From Candidatus Latescibacterota bacterium (lineage in GTDB: Bacteria; Latescibacterota; UBA2968): 64,000 nucleotides of DNA. Where the stretch lies: positions 2,720,001 through 2,784,000 of the forward strand of contig OZ242311.1 in NCBI GenBank assembly GCA_965207885.1, written 5' to 3'. Shown one piece after another: positions 1 to 9,580 of this stretch. Every line of letters starts with the position of its first letter. The first letter of the stretch is position 1. The notes beneath the pieces are model-generated. The model had not been told where the DNA came from, made no database searches, and saw nothing but the letters and a program-made list of their open reading frames with translations. The position numbers were made by a program, and so were the translations under genes.

Positions 1-14
1 CAGCATACGGGTGA

Positions 15-872
15 TTAACTTCTCTGCACAGCAAAACCGGCTTCTTCGAGAAGGTGTATGATTCGGTTGGCGGCTTTAATGTAGTTCTCTCGGCCGGAGA
101 CGTGGAATTTCTGAGAATGAAGCAAGTGCGGCTCTACGGTGATACAGCCTGAGTAGTTCATTTGGCAAAGGCGTTTGAAGATTTCGGGATATCCGCATTT
201 TCCGTCGCCAGCAATGCAGTAGGTGCTGGTGTCGCCAGGTTCTCGAATGTCTTTGACGTGGACATTGGTGATGTAATCTTTCAATTTTTCAAAAATGTCG
301 ATTCCAACTTCGCCGTGTGCACCAAAGTTGCCGGGGTCAAAGTTGAGTCGGAAATTCGGAGAATTAACAGCTTGAAGTGCTCTTAAACATTCGGAGGCGG
401 TGCAGACGGCGGACGTTTTATTGGGTGGATTTTCGAGTATAAGGATTTTATTTTCCGCGGCAGCTATTTCGGTCATTGCGGTGTACATTTCAATGGCGAT
501 TGCAAACCAGTCGGTTCCTGCGTCGCCTTTTTTATATCCCATCGTGCGCAGTTGGATTGTGCCAACGTAGTCGGCACGTTGAACGGCGCGGGTGATGTGC
601 GATATGTCCTGTGCGCGATTGGCTTCGTCGGGTACTGTGCGACCCACCTGACCGAGATAAGTGGTGACGGTAAAACCCCGTTCTTTGACACGGTCTGCGA
701 CACGGACGAACGTGTCGTCATTCATCTGGTCAACCATTTCACCATAGGCCGCACGCAGTTCAATAAATTTGATGCCAAGTTCATCAAGCACATCCAAACC
801 TTCGTCCAGATCCCACGATGGACTGGGTTCGTCGTTAACACCGGCAATGCAGACGGTTGGAGTTGTGTTCAT
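15..872 (-). CDS. Sugar phosphate isomerase/epimerase family (xylose isomerase-like TIM barrel)
   Basis: 285 aa; ILENP, NFDPGN, VHVKD and TVEPH metal-ligand motifs of the AP-endonuclease-2/IolE-like family. Confidence 0.85.
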   Translation of the reverse strand: MNTTPTVCIAGVNDEPSPSWDLDEGLDVLDELGIKFIELRAAYGEMVDQMNDDTFVRVADRVKERGFTVTTYLGQVGRTVPDEANRAQDISHITRAVQRADYVGTIQLRTMGYKKGDAGTDWFAIAIEMYTAMTEIAAAENKILILENPPNKTSAVCTASECLRALQAVNSPNFRLNFDPGNFGAHGEVGIDIFEKLKDYITNVHVKDIREPGDTSTYCIAGDGKCGYPEIFKRLCQMNYSGCITVEPHLLHSQKFHVSGRENYIKAANRIIHLLEEAGFAVQRS

Positions 873-887
873 AAAAACCTTCTTTGA

Positions 888-1730
888 TTAATTTTTGAGG
901 TCAGCAGCGTCTTCAGCACTCCACTGTTCCCACATCAGCTCATCTGGTTGCATAAATCCACTATTGGCTCGCCGAAATACTTTTTCATCTTCTCCCAATA
1001 AACGCAGCAATCGACGATCTCCAGTCGCTCGCGCTCGCGCTTTGACAGCCTCAGAAATCGGCCCAGAATAATTGGCTCTGTGTTTGAGCCAGGAATGATT
1101 CATCGTTAAAAAGAAAAGATACCGATAGTTCTTTGAATAATTGGCTGTTCCCGAGTGTACAATCGCATTGTGGAATACGGCTATATCTCCAGATTTGGGA
1201 TAAAGGATCACTTCGTCGGGATGGGGTTGTTTTCTTTCTTCTTGTGTTAAAGTCAGGGCTTTCATGTGAGAACCTGGAATAATTCGCAGGGGGCCAATTT
1301 CATCATCGAGATCCTGTAAATAGCTCAGGGCATTGAAGAGTAAAGGTCTATGGTAGATGCCTTCTTGAGGAAACTCGGCAAACATGTCCCGGTGAAAACC
1401 CAGTACCGGGTTTGTGTTTGGGTCCTGTGGTGCCGTGCGCCGGTATGTGATGGATTCGAGTTGGACATGAGGTCCGACGATCATTTCAGCAAAGTCCAGG
1501 AGGCGCTTATTTGACAAGGCTGAGAGAATGAGATCGGGTTTGTGTTCTAACACATCGACAAAGACCTGGGGCCGGCTGCCATCGGGAGTGGGGATGCGAT
1601 CACCGATTTCTTCAAATGAATCCCGCATGGCTTTGACCCAGACATCGTCCAGCATCTTTGGGAAAAGTGTAAATCCAACTGTTTTGAATTCGTCAAGATG
1701 TTCCTGGAGAGATTTGATATCTTCTCGCAT
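888..1730 (-). CDS. PhyH-family Fe(II)/2-oxoglutarate dioxygenase
   Basis: FHRD...IIPGSH...FHNAIVHSG...R; N-terminal EFKTVGF. Confidence 0.9.
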   Translation of the reverse strand: MREDIKSLQEHLDEFKTVGFTLFPKMLDDVWVKAMRDSFEEIGDRIPTPDGSRPQVFVDVLEHKPDLILSALSNKRLLDFAEMIVGPHVQLESITYRRTAPQDPNTNPVLGFHRDMFAEFPQEGIYHRPLLFNALSYLQDLDDEIGPLRIIPGSHMKALTLTQEERKQPHPDEVILYPKSGDIAVFHNAIVHSGTANYSKNYRYLFFLTMNHSWLKHRANYSGPISEAVKARARATGDRRLLRLLGEDEKVFRRANSGFMQPDELMWEQWSAEDAADLKN

Positions 1731-1785
1731 TTTCAGTCTCCTGGTGATTTAGTTTTCAATGGGTTTGTTGCGCGAATCTGTACTT

Positions 1786-3357
1786 CTAATGGGCTCCGAT
1801 CACCACCAGGTCACGCGGTGGTAGCGGGAATTCCTGGAGCATGACGCGGTGCATCATTTCCTTCATCAGTTGCTGACGCGCCTGCTGATACGCCGGATCA
1901 TGCACGACGTTGACCAGTTCGCTGGAATCTCTGGTGAGATCGAAGAGTTCTTCCCCGTCATCGCGCCCCGGCGTGATCGAGTAGCGGAACTCACGGTTTC
2001 GCAGTGTCTCTTTCCAGGGAAACTTCATGATCCCTTCATGGAAGGGCGACTCGCACAGGCCGCCGAATGACTCGGAGAATGCCGACTGCCGCCAGTCCGA
2101 AACCCGCTTTCCCTTGCACAGAGGCATCAGCGAACGGCCGGCACATAGCGGATGGCCATCGCCGACTCCACGCCGCGACAGGGGCCTCGGGTGCTGTTCC
2201 AGAAGCGTTTCGTGCATATCCAACACGGTAGGACAGATGTCCTCGTGCTGTACGAAGAGGTCGCAAGTGCTACCCTGCTTCAGGCCTGGTCCGGCTACAA
2301 TCAGCGGGATGCGGATGACGGCGTCGTAGTGTCTGGCGGATTTTCCACCCAGATTGTGGTCCATGAGCATTTCGCCGTGATCGGAGACGAAGATGAAGTA
2401 GCTATTCTCCATCCTGCCGACCTGTTCCAATCGTTCCAGGATGCGGCCGATCTGTTCGTCGATGTGGATAAAATCGGCGAAGTAGAGTTTGCGGTAGTAA
2501 CGCCAGTTCGGTATCCTGTCAGGCCCATTCCAGTGATCCGTGCCGTAACCGATAGGGTCGGGGATGAGATCCTCGTTGACCATCTCCAGGAATCGCGCAG
2601 GTGGATGAAACGGGGGGTGGGGCTGCACATAGCTGATATGCGTGTAGAGGGGTTGATCCACGGGCGTCTCGTCGATGAAATTTAGAGCATGTTCCGTAAT
2701 CCAGTTGGTCTGGGAGATCTCTTCGGGGAAGGGCAGGGGATAGTAGCCTTCGGTGCGGGTTTTGTTCCCCCCGTCATCGCCTTTAGCCCATGCCATTTTC
2801 TTCTTTGCCCGGCGCATCCTTTCGGTCAGGTTGACTTTCCGCTCGCCATACGAATCGTAATACGGCAACTGAGAATTCCAATTTGCCGGGGTTGCCATGA
2901 TCGCATCATAGTGTTCGGGATGCTCTTTTTCGATCCAGTCGTGCCACTCGCCAGTCCGGTTGTCCTCGGTGTTGTACACCACATCCCAGCCATATTCCCG
3001 GTAGTCCGGGTACGGGTAGTATTCCGAGTCAAAGGGATAGAAGTGGATCTTGCCAAATGCGCTGGTTCGCCATCCGGCCATCTGCAATGTCTTCATGAAG
3101 GTGGGGATGTCGGGATTGAGCCGGTAGCCATTGGAGAGCAGACCGTGGCCTCGGCTGGTGAGTCCCGTGGCAATGCCCGCCCGAGCCGGACAGCAGACCG
3201 GGTTGTTGGAAAACGCATTGGTGAAGGTCACGCCCATGCTCTGGAGACGTTTCAGGTTCGGCAGGTCACAGATGCCGTTCAAGGCCGCTTCCAACCACTT
3301 TGCCCCCATCTGATCGACCATGAAGAAGATGATGTTGGGTTTGTTGTTTGGGTTCAT
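1786..3357 (-). CDS. Cys-type sulfatase (choline-sulfatase-like), cytoplasmic
   Basis: KPNIIFFMVDQ, CCPARAGIATG, GKIH, SDHG; start moved to ATG 3357 (MNPNNKPN). Confidence 0.92.
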   Translation of the reverse strand: MNPNNKPNIIFFMVDQMGAKWLEAALNGICDLPNLKRLQSMGVTFTNAFSNNPVCCPARAGIATGLTSRGHGLLSNGYRLNPDIPTFMKTLQMAGWRTSAFGKIHFYPFDSEYYPYPDYREYGWDVVYNTEDNRTGEWHDWIEKEHPEHYDAIMATPANWNSQLPYYDSYGERKVNLTERMRRAKKKMAWAKGDDGGNKTRTEGYYPLPFPEEISQTNWITEHALNFIDETPVDQPLYTHISYVQPHPPFHPPARFLEMVNEDLIPDPIGYGTDHWNGPDRIPNWRYYRKLYFADFIHIDEQIGRILERLEQVGRMENSYFIFVSDHGEMLMDHNLGGKSARHYDAVIRIPLIVAGPGLKQGSTCDLFVQHEDICPTVLDMHETLLEQHPRPLSRRGVGDGHPLCAGRSLMPLCKGKRVSDWRQSAFSESFGGLCESPFHEGIMKFPWKETLRNREFRYSITPGRDDGEELFDLTRDSSELVNVVHDPAYQQARQQLMKEMMHRVMLQEFPLPPRDLVVIGAH

Positions 3358-3385
3358 CGATAAGTCTCTTTTTTGTAAAATTTTT

Positions 3386-5020
3386 TTAATGAATACCAAA
3401 CCAGAACAGATCACGTGGAGAAACGGGATAATCCTGACGGATAATCTGTTCCATCAGGCGATCTTTCAACTCGCGGCGTAAAGAGGCATGCTCCGGATCG
3501 TTGATGAGATTCTTCTGCTCGTGTGGATCCGTCTCGAGGTCGAATAGCTGCTCGCCGTGTCCATCAGGATAAAACGTGTATCGGTATCTGGATGTGCGTA
3601 CGGTGCGCGCCCAGGCTCCCAGAGTCCCTGGACCGAAGCATGGAAAAGATTCAACATACGCCTCCTCCCGCCAATCGTCCGGCACCTCTCCACGACAAAG
3701 CTCGACTAATGACCTTCCTGAAATTGCTGGCGCCCTATCGTCCAGGCGGCCACCAAAATGGCGAAAGCGTAGGTGAGGCAGGGGCACGCTGGTCATTTCG
3801 AGAATGGTGGGGCAGATGTCTTCCAGTTGCACGATTTCCTGGCATATGGCGTTCTTCTGCAGGCCGGGACCAGCAATGATCAGTGGCACCCGAATACCGC
3901 CGTCGTAGTGGCGTTCCTGTTTTTGCCAGAAGCCGTGATCACCGAGAAATTCACCGTGATCAGACACAAAAATGATGTACGTGCTGTCAAGACGCCCGGC
4001 GTCTTGCAAAGCCCTCCTGACCCGACCCAGTTGTTCGTCCAGGTGGGTAATGTCGGCAAAGTAGCAATGACGCTCGTGGCTGAGATCCGGTATCAAGGGG
4101 GGCTGTCCATCCGAACCGGGTGTAACAGCCATATCTTTCATCCAGGATGGTCGGTCGTCGCTCTCGCCGTGCAATACCCGCGCCATTTTCAGAAAGTATT
4201 CGGGCGCATCCGGATCGTTGAGCCAATCAGCCGGGACAGGAGCAGGGATTTTCTCCGGGTTGACGCGGTCCATGAATTCGGCTGGGGGACAAAACGGGCC
4301 GTGGGGCGCTACATAGCTGATATGGGCAAAGAAAGACTGATCCGAACCGGTATCGCGGATGAAATCCAGCGCCCTTGCAGTTATCCACGATGACTGCGAT
4401 ACCTCCTCGGGAAACGGCAGCGTATAGGCTTTGGGAGAGTTCTGGGGCCACGCCTCGGTGGGGTGTGGATGACGCTCTTTAGCGGCGCGTATGGCCGGTC
4501 TCAGATCGACGCCGTCGGGACCGTATTCGGCGTAACCTGGAACAGCGGGCCAGGCCGTTGAAAGGGCCGCTTCATAATGTTCAGGATGCGCCTCTTTGAC
4601 CCAGTCGAGCCACTCGCCGGCGCGGTCATCCTCAGTGCCGTGTACGACATCGAAACCATAGGGGTGGTAGTCGTGTACGAGGCTTTCGTGATGCGGCCTG
4701 AGGTGCAGCTTTCCGAAAGCGCCAGTCCGCCATCCTTTCTTTTGCAGCGCTTGCATAAAGGTCGGAATCTCAGGGTTGAGCGCGTATCCGTTCATGATCA
4801 GACCGTGTGCTCTTGAACAAAGCCCGGTGGCAATCGTTGCCCGGGTAGGTGAGCATACTGGATTGCTGGAGAATGTCCAGGTAAAGAACGTGCCGTTTTC
4901 ACGCAGCCAGTCCAGGTTCGGCAGGGCGCAGATTCCTCTGTCCTGAGCCACTTCGAGCCACCTGGCCGACAACTGATCGACCATGAAAAGGATGACGTTG
5001 GGTTTGTTTTGTGACTGCAT
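3386..5020 (-). CDS. Cys-type sulfatase, tandem paralog of 1786-3357
   Basis: KPNVILFMVDQ, CSPTRATIATG, GKLH, SDHG; shares LPFPEE.SQ and PRDL...G.H ends with its neighbour. Confidence 0.92.
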   Translation of the reverse strand: MQSQNKPNVILFMVDQLSARWLEVAQDRGICALPNLDWLRENGTFFTWTFSSNPVCSPTRATIATGLCSRAHGLIMNGYALNPEIPTFMQALQKKGWRTGAFGKLHLRPHHESLVHDYHPYGFDVVHGTEDDRAGEWLDWVKEAHPEHYEAALSTAWPAVPGYAEYGPDGVDLRPAIRAAKERHPHPTEAWPQNSPKAYTLPFPEEVSQSSWITARALDFIRDTGSDQSFFAHISYVAPHGPFCPPAEFMDRVNPEKIPAPVPADWLNDPDAPEYFLKMARVLHGESDDRPSWMKDMAVTPGSDGQPPLIPDLSHERHCYFADITHLDEQLGRVRRALQDAGRLDSTYIIFVSDHGEFLGDHGFWQKQERHYDGGIRVPLIIAGPGLQKNAICQEIVQLEDICPTILEMTSVPLPHLRFRHFGGRLDDRAPAISGRSLVELCRGEVPDDWREEAYVESFPCFGPGTLGAWARTVRTSRYRYTFYPDGHGEQLFDLETDPHEQKNLINDPEHASLRRELKDRLMEQIIRQDYPVSPRDLFWFGIH

Positions 5021-5030
5021 AATGATTTCT

Positions 5031-5969
5031 CTATGCTGATTTTCCGGACGGGCAGATCGTGTCTATCTTGTCCAGGGTGGCTTTATCGAGTTCCCCATCG
5101 GCAGCGGCAGCGTTCTGTTTTGCCTGCTCGGGTGTCTTCATTCCGGGAATGGGGCAGGTAACGGCAGGATTGGCGAGGGTGAACCTGAGCGCGAAATCAA
5201 CCATGTTCATGCCTTCGGGTACTAACTCGCGCAGTGCCGCAACCTTGTCGAGTTTGGCGAGGAAATCATCGCGTTGACTTTCTCCTGGGTTCCAGTGATC
5301 TCGAACCATGTCTTCAAACCTTGTATCTGCGGTAAATTTATCCGCCAAAAGACCCTGAGCTATTGGTCCTCGCAGTAATACCCCGATATTGTTGTCCAGA
5401 CAGTGGGGGAGGATGTCATTCTCAGGCCTCCGGTTAAAGAGTGAGTAGTTGATCTGACACGATGCGCATGCGCCCTCTGAGTTGAGCGCTTTGAGCGAAT
5501 CCAGATCGTTGGTGGATATCGCGTAGTGACGGATCTTTCCCTCTTTCTTTAACAACTCAAAGGCTTCGACAAAGATTTCGGGATGTTCCGGGGTTCCGAT
5601 GTGACACTGATACAGATCGATATAGTCTGTATTGAGCCGGTAAAGGCTTGCGTGACAACAATTTATGATGCTGTATATCGTCTTGTACCCGAGAGGATCT
5701 CCCTGACGGCGTCCCCAGTTGCCAACCTTTGTCGCGATATAGACCTCAGATCGCTTGCTTTTCAGCGCTTTGCCTGTGTAGATTTCACTCTGACCACAAC
5801 CGTAGCCATCCGCGGTATCAAACAAATTAACGCCCGCATCAAGGGCAGCGTTGATGGTGTCGAGGGCCTGTTTTTCTTCAACCGGGCCCCACTGTCCGCC
5901 GATGCCCCAGCATCCCATGGAGACAGCGCTTACATTCCACCCAGTTTTCCCAAGCGTTCTATACTGCAT
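5031..5969 (-). CDS. Aldo/keto reductase
   Basis: MQYRTLGKTG, FDTADGYG, IATK, YIDLYQCH, IPGMK. Confidence 0.93.
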   Translation of the reverse strand: MQYRTLGKTGWNVSAVSMGCWGIGGQWGPVEEKQALDTINAALDAGVNLFDTADGYGCGQSEIYTGKALKSKRSEVYIATKVGNWGRRQGDPLGYKTIYSIINCCHASLYRLNTDYIDLYQCHIGTPEHPEIFVEAFELLKKEGKIRHYAISTNDLDSLKALNSEGACASCQINYSLFNRRPENDILPHCLDNNIGVLLRGPIAQGLLADKFTADTRFEDMVRDHWNPGESQRDDFLAKLDKVAALRELVPEGMNMVDFALRFTLANPAVTCPIPGMKTPEQAKQNAAAADGELDKATLDKIDTICPSGKSA

Positions 5970-5982
5970 GATATTCCTCCGT

Positions 5983-6831
5983 TTATGATTTTTCCCGACG
6001 AGGCGTCACGCGCCAGTCGGTTCGCAGTTCGGCAACAAGGTCGGCGGGCGGCTGCATAAAACGCTTAACCCTTTCACTGGCTTTCGCTTGCAGTTCAGGC
6101 CCGGCCAATTCCCAGGCATTGCAGAACAGTCGCTCGCTTTTTGGAACAACGCGGATGTTCAGGGTGCGCCGGGGATCAGGCGTCTGATTTACGCCAGGGC
6201 AATGTAGCCCCCCCGCGTTTACAATGAGTAGATCACCCGGATCGCCAGTCGCCTGAATCTTGTTGCTGTCTGAATCCGGCTCGGGATCCATGATCTCGGG
6301 TTCATCGGCTTTAAAGCAATGGGTGCGCGGAATCACTTTTGTACCGCCATTTTTCTCTGAATAGCCGTCAAGTATAAAAAAGAACCACAGACCGTTGTGC
6401 ATACCTTCTTCCGTGAGGCCGGGTCTGAAGTCGCGATGGAAGCGTCCCTGCCGCGCATCCGGATGATAGCGCACAGTATTAGCAATGAGATCTAATAAAT
6501 AGTAAGTACCCATAGCACGTTCGCAGATCGCGTGAACGGTATCGTGGTCGAGAAGCTCTATGGCCGCTTCGCCCCACATATAACAGATGCGGGCATTTGG
6601 ATTGATTGTGAAGTTGCGTTTCCCGTTTCCATCGAGAATGCGCACTTCTGGCAACTTCATCCCCCCTCGCCACTCGGCGATGTAATCATCCGCAGCACGC
6701 TGGGCGATATCCCGAAGAGGGTCGAGATACCCGGGTGCGATTTGCTCCCGCAGGATGACATAACCGTTTTCTTGCAGGTCGGCTACGTGTGCGTCCAATT
6801 CCTCGTCGCTCATTGGATGGACTGGTTGCAT
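5983..6831 (-). CDS. PhyH-family Fe(II)/2OG dioxygenase
   Basis: LQENGY, FHRD, NGGTKVIPRTH, GDLL...LH...NQTPDPRR. Confidence 0.88.
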   Translation of the reverse strand: MQPVHPMSDEELDAHVADLQENGYVILREQIAPGYLDPLRDIAQRAADDYIAEWRGGMKLPEVRILDGNGKRNFTINPNARICYMWGEAAIELLDHDTVHAICERAMGTYYLLDLIANTVRYHPDARQGRFHRDFRPGLTEEGMHNGLWFFFILDGYSEKNGGTKVIPRTHCFKADEPEIMDPEPDSDSNKIQATGDPGDLLIVNAGGLHCPGVNQTPDPRRTLNIRVVPKSERLFCNAWELAGPELQAKASERVKRFMQPPADLVAELRTDWRVTPRREKS

Positions 6832-6838
6832 AGGTTGA

Positions 6839-6866
6839 CTCCTTTCCAGTCTCTGTAGATGTGTAA
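6839..6866. repeat. 28-bp RBS-bearing spacer repeated at 9501-9528
   Basis: ctcctttccagtctctgtagatgtgtaa vs ctcttatcctgtctctgtggatgtgtaa, 24/28 identical. Confidence 0.7.
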
Positions 6867-6898
6867 CAGTTTTGTAGGCGAGTTGAAATGTTTGTCCT

Positions 6899-9409
6899 TC
6901 AGTCTTTTTTTAACTCGGGAATATTGTTCGGCATAAAAGATATCTCTCGCATACCTTCGTCGCCCAAAAACTGAATTGTAACACCACCACCTATGGATAG
7001 CATGTGCTGCAAATCCTCAATATTTCTCACCTTCGCATTGTCCACAGACAAAATTACAGTATCGCCCAATAACCCTACCTGAGCGGCTTCTGACTCTGCT
7101 GGAACATCAATTACCAAAACACCATCATTGTGCTCTAATTCCACAGCCCCAATCACCGCAGATTCCCTACCATAATTTACCAGACTACGCAAGGTCGCCC
7201 CCATCCAGTCATACAGATCAGCATTGACATAGGTGCCCCAAAACTCAGCGTTTTTATCAAACGCTTGCCCCAGACCAGACCAGATGCGCACGTCAGATTT
7301 GAACCTCGAATCTTGCACACCAAATTGATCCATAGGGAAATTTTCAAATCCGACCTCAGATCCAAATTTCGCCCGATAATCTCCAGATGATGGATTGTAA
7401 AAACCTGGATCACATGTTTTCGAATGCACGTCCAGACCCAACGCCCTGTGATCTTCCGGAGGCTCATAAACCGCAAACAGATTTTCATCCACCAAATTAT
7501 CTTCGCCCTGGCAACCCGCCATTCCCATTCCACGCGGTGAATAAGCTTCTCGACGAACAAGAATATTTCGCCGAACCACATCGCCGCTATTGGGATACCA
7601 AACGTGTGGGCTGAATAAGGTAGAAATATTGTTCTCTACAGTTCGAAAAAAGCCTTCACGCAACTTGATACCACCTTGCAAGCACAAATTGCCATAAATG
7701 TGATAATGCCCAGACCCATCGTCTAAATCAATATCGTATCCATGCGCACATTGAATCCGATTGTGGCGCAAAGCAATTGGATCGACACAATCCAGCTTCG
7801 CCATCGTGCGCATGCGGGCGAATTCTTCAGGTGTTGCCTCGCCCTTTAGCTTCATCCAGTACCGATCCCGTCCCCACGAATTATAAGCTCCGTGTTCTCG
7901 CGTGGTCATTGACGTATCAAAAATATCGTTCCATTCAATCACATGTCCACCCCAACATCCATCGTTCACATTGATCGCAGCACGCGGCACATCGTAAATA
8001 CTATTATGACTGACTGTAATCTCTTTGGCCTTAGAAATGAACACACCGGCAATCTGTTTCTCTACACTGCCCAACTGCGTCATCAAATTGTCGTGAATCA
8101 CACACCGGGCCGGATAATTATTGTTCTGAGGCCCTGCTTCTAAATCGACCAACTCCTGTCCTTCATCCAGCATTTCAGACGGCAACTTTGCCATACTCTC
8201 ATTCTCAAATGGCCTGCCATTTACCATCGGTGTTTCACCCCGCATACCTTCAGGCCACCCCCACCAATGTGCCCATCGCGACCTCACGGCAGAATTATTT
8301 CCCTCAAGTAAAACAGCACTCGCACCCGTCTTTACAAACCGACACCCGCTCACAGTGACGTCCCGACTATAATCTTGAATAAAAACCCCATTCCCACCTA
8401 TGCGCTCAAACGAGCAATTTTGAACGGTGCACAATTCAGCGCCTTCAAAAACAACAGCGCCTCCCCGATACACCTTCCAATCTCCACCACTTGGTATGAC
8501 ATCCGTTTCCATAAACGTGTAAGACGTATGGGTCAGTGTCAGCCCATCCAGAGTGATATAACAAACGGGGTTGTCCTCCGACCCTCGAAACTCAAACAAA
8601 TGCCTCAGCACCACAGCTTCCACTGTGGCATCGTCAAGAGTCTGTCCTTCTTCAGGCTTGAAATACAGTGTATGAGTTTCTCGATCTAAAAACCATTCTT
8701 TAGGCGCGTCCAATTCTTCAAACACGTTTTCAATAAACATCCGCCCTTCAGCCAACACATCATACGGATTGGTTCTTCGCCCACTGTTTTGCCACCCACC
8801 TTCTACCTTCCGATCCTTCTCGTACTCAAAGGTGTAAACCCCATCTGGATCTTTTTCCAAAATACGAAAGTGCAATGTACCCCACCCCATCGACATCATC
8901 CCGTGTACAAAAGCACCCACCGGATTGGCATATCCTTTTAAGCGCGCCGAATCAATGGCATCTTGAGAGGTCTCTGGCGAAACCCATCGAATGCTGCCAT
9001 CAAAAAACCCATCTCGCGGATCAGCATTTGGATAGCGACAGCGAACCATCTTTTCACCATTGATAAAAAGCTGATCAAAATCCAAGCCCTCAGGCACCTT
9101 AGCCTTCACCAGCCCATCTCCGGCGTTTTCCCAAATCAAGTTCACAGACTCTGCCCCACTAACAACAACCTCTTCGTCCTCATAAGCCCGATAAACAATG
9201 GGCGCATCTTTCGTCCCAGAATCTTCTGCACCAAAAATGAGCGTCTCGTTCAAATAGTAAGTTCCCTGTCTCAAACACACTGTTATCGGCCCGTTTTGTT
9301 TGCATGCACGAACAACCTCTTGCGCCCGTTTTAGCGTAGCAAGAGGTTGTTCTTCGGTGCCAGAATTTCTATCGTCACCTTTAGATGAAACAAAAAGCGT
9401 CTGCCCCAT
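6899..9409 (-). CDS. Right-handed parallel beta-helix protein with C-terminal PDZ-like domain (putative carbohydrate-active enzyme)
   Basis: FVSSKGDDRNSGT..PLATL, LRQGTYYL, repeated beta-helix turns, SEAAQVGLLGDTVILSVD PDZ-like end; start 9409 with AAGGAG RBS; no signal peptide. Confidence 0.75.
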   Translation of the reverse strand: MGQTLFVSSKGDDRNSGTEEQPLATLKRAQEVVRACKQNGPITVCLRQGTYYLNETLIFGAEDSGTKDAPIVYRAYEDEEVVVSGAESVNLIWENAGDGLVKAKVPEGLDFDQLFINGEKMVRCRYPNADPRDGFFDGSIRWVSPETSQDAIDSARLKGYANPVGAFVHGMMSMGWGTLHFRILEKDPDGVYTFEYEKDRKVEGGWQNSGRRTNPYDVLAEGRMFIENVFEELDAPKEWFLDRETHTLYFKPEEGQTLDDATVEAVVLRHLFEFRGSEDNPVCYITLDGLTLTHTSYTFMETDVIPSGGDWKVYRGGAVVFEGAELCTVQNCSFERIGGNGVFIQDYSRDVTVSGCRFVKTGASAVLLEGNNSAVRSRWAHWWGWPEGMRGETPMVNGRPFENESMAKLPSEMLDEGQELVDLEAGPQNNNYPARCVIHDNLMTQLGSVEKQIAGVFISKAKEITVSHNSIYDVPRAAINVNDGCWGGHVIEWNDIFDTSMTTREHGAYNSWGRDRYWMKLKGEATPEEFARMRTMAKLDCVDPIALRHNRIQCAHGYDIDLDDGSGHYHIYGNLCLQGGIKLREGFFRTVENNISTLFSPHVWYPNSGDVVRRNILVRREAYSPRGMGMAGCQGEDNLVDENLFAVYEPPEDHRALGLDVHSKTCDPGFYNPSSGDYRAKFGSEVGFENFPMDQFGVQDSRFKSDVRIWSGLGQAFDKNAEFWGTYVNADLYDWMGATLRSLVNYGRESAVIGAVELEHNDGVLVIDVPAESEAAQVGLLGDTVILSVDNAKVRNIEDLQHMLSIGGGVTIQFLGDEGMREISFMPNNIPELKKD

Positions 9410-9413
9410 AAAA

Positions 9414-9580
9414 TCACTCCTTATCATAACCTGTTTTTCGATCTCCATCGACTTCCTTAGACCAGGTCGCGTACAGTTCCCAGGCATTAATGCTTTTCAT
9501 CTCTTATCCTGTCTCTGTGGATGTGTAAAAGGGCTGATCACGATATTCGGGTAGGAACCGCTGTTGTTATCACCCATCAT
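9414..9580 (-). pseudogene. Two coupled mini-ORFs made of sulfatase start/end remnants
   Basis: 9497-9580 MMGDNNSGSYPNIVISPFTHPQRQDKR*; 9414-9500 MKSINAWELYATWSKEVDGDRKTGYDKE*; DNA matches 15631-15648 and 15655-15688. Confidence 0.75.

Noticed and set aside
6109-6121. NAWEL-coding match to the stub at 9477-9488
   Set aside because: Only about 12 nt; better explained by the 15646 sulfatase tail with a 2-nt deletion
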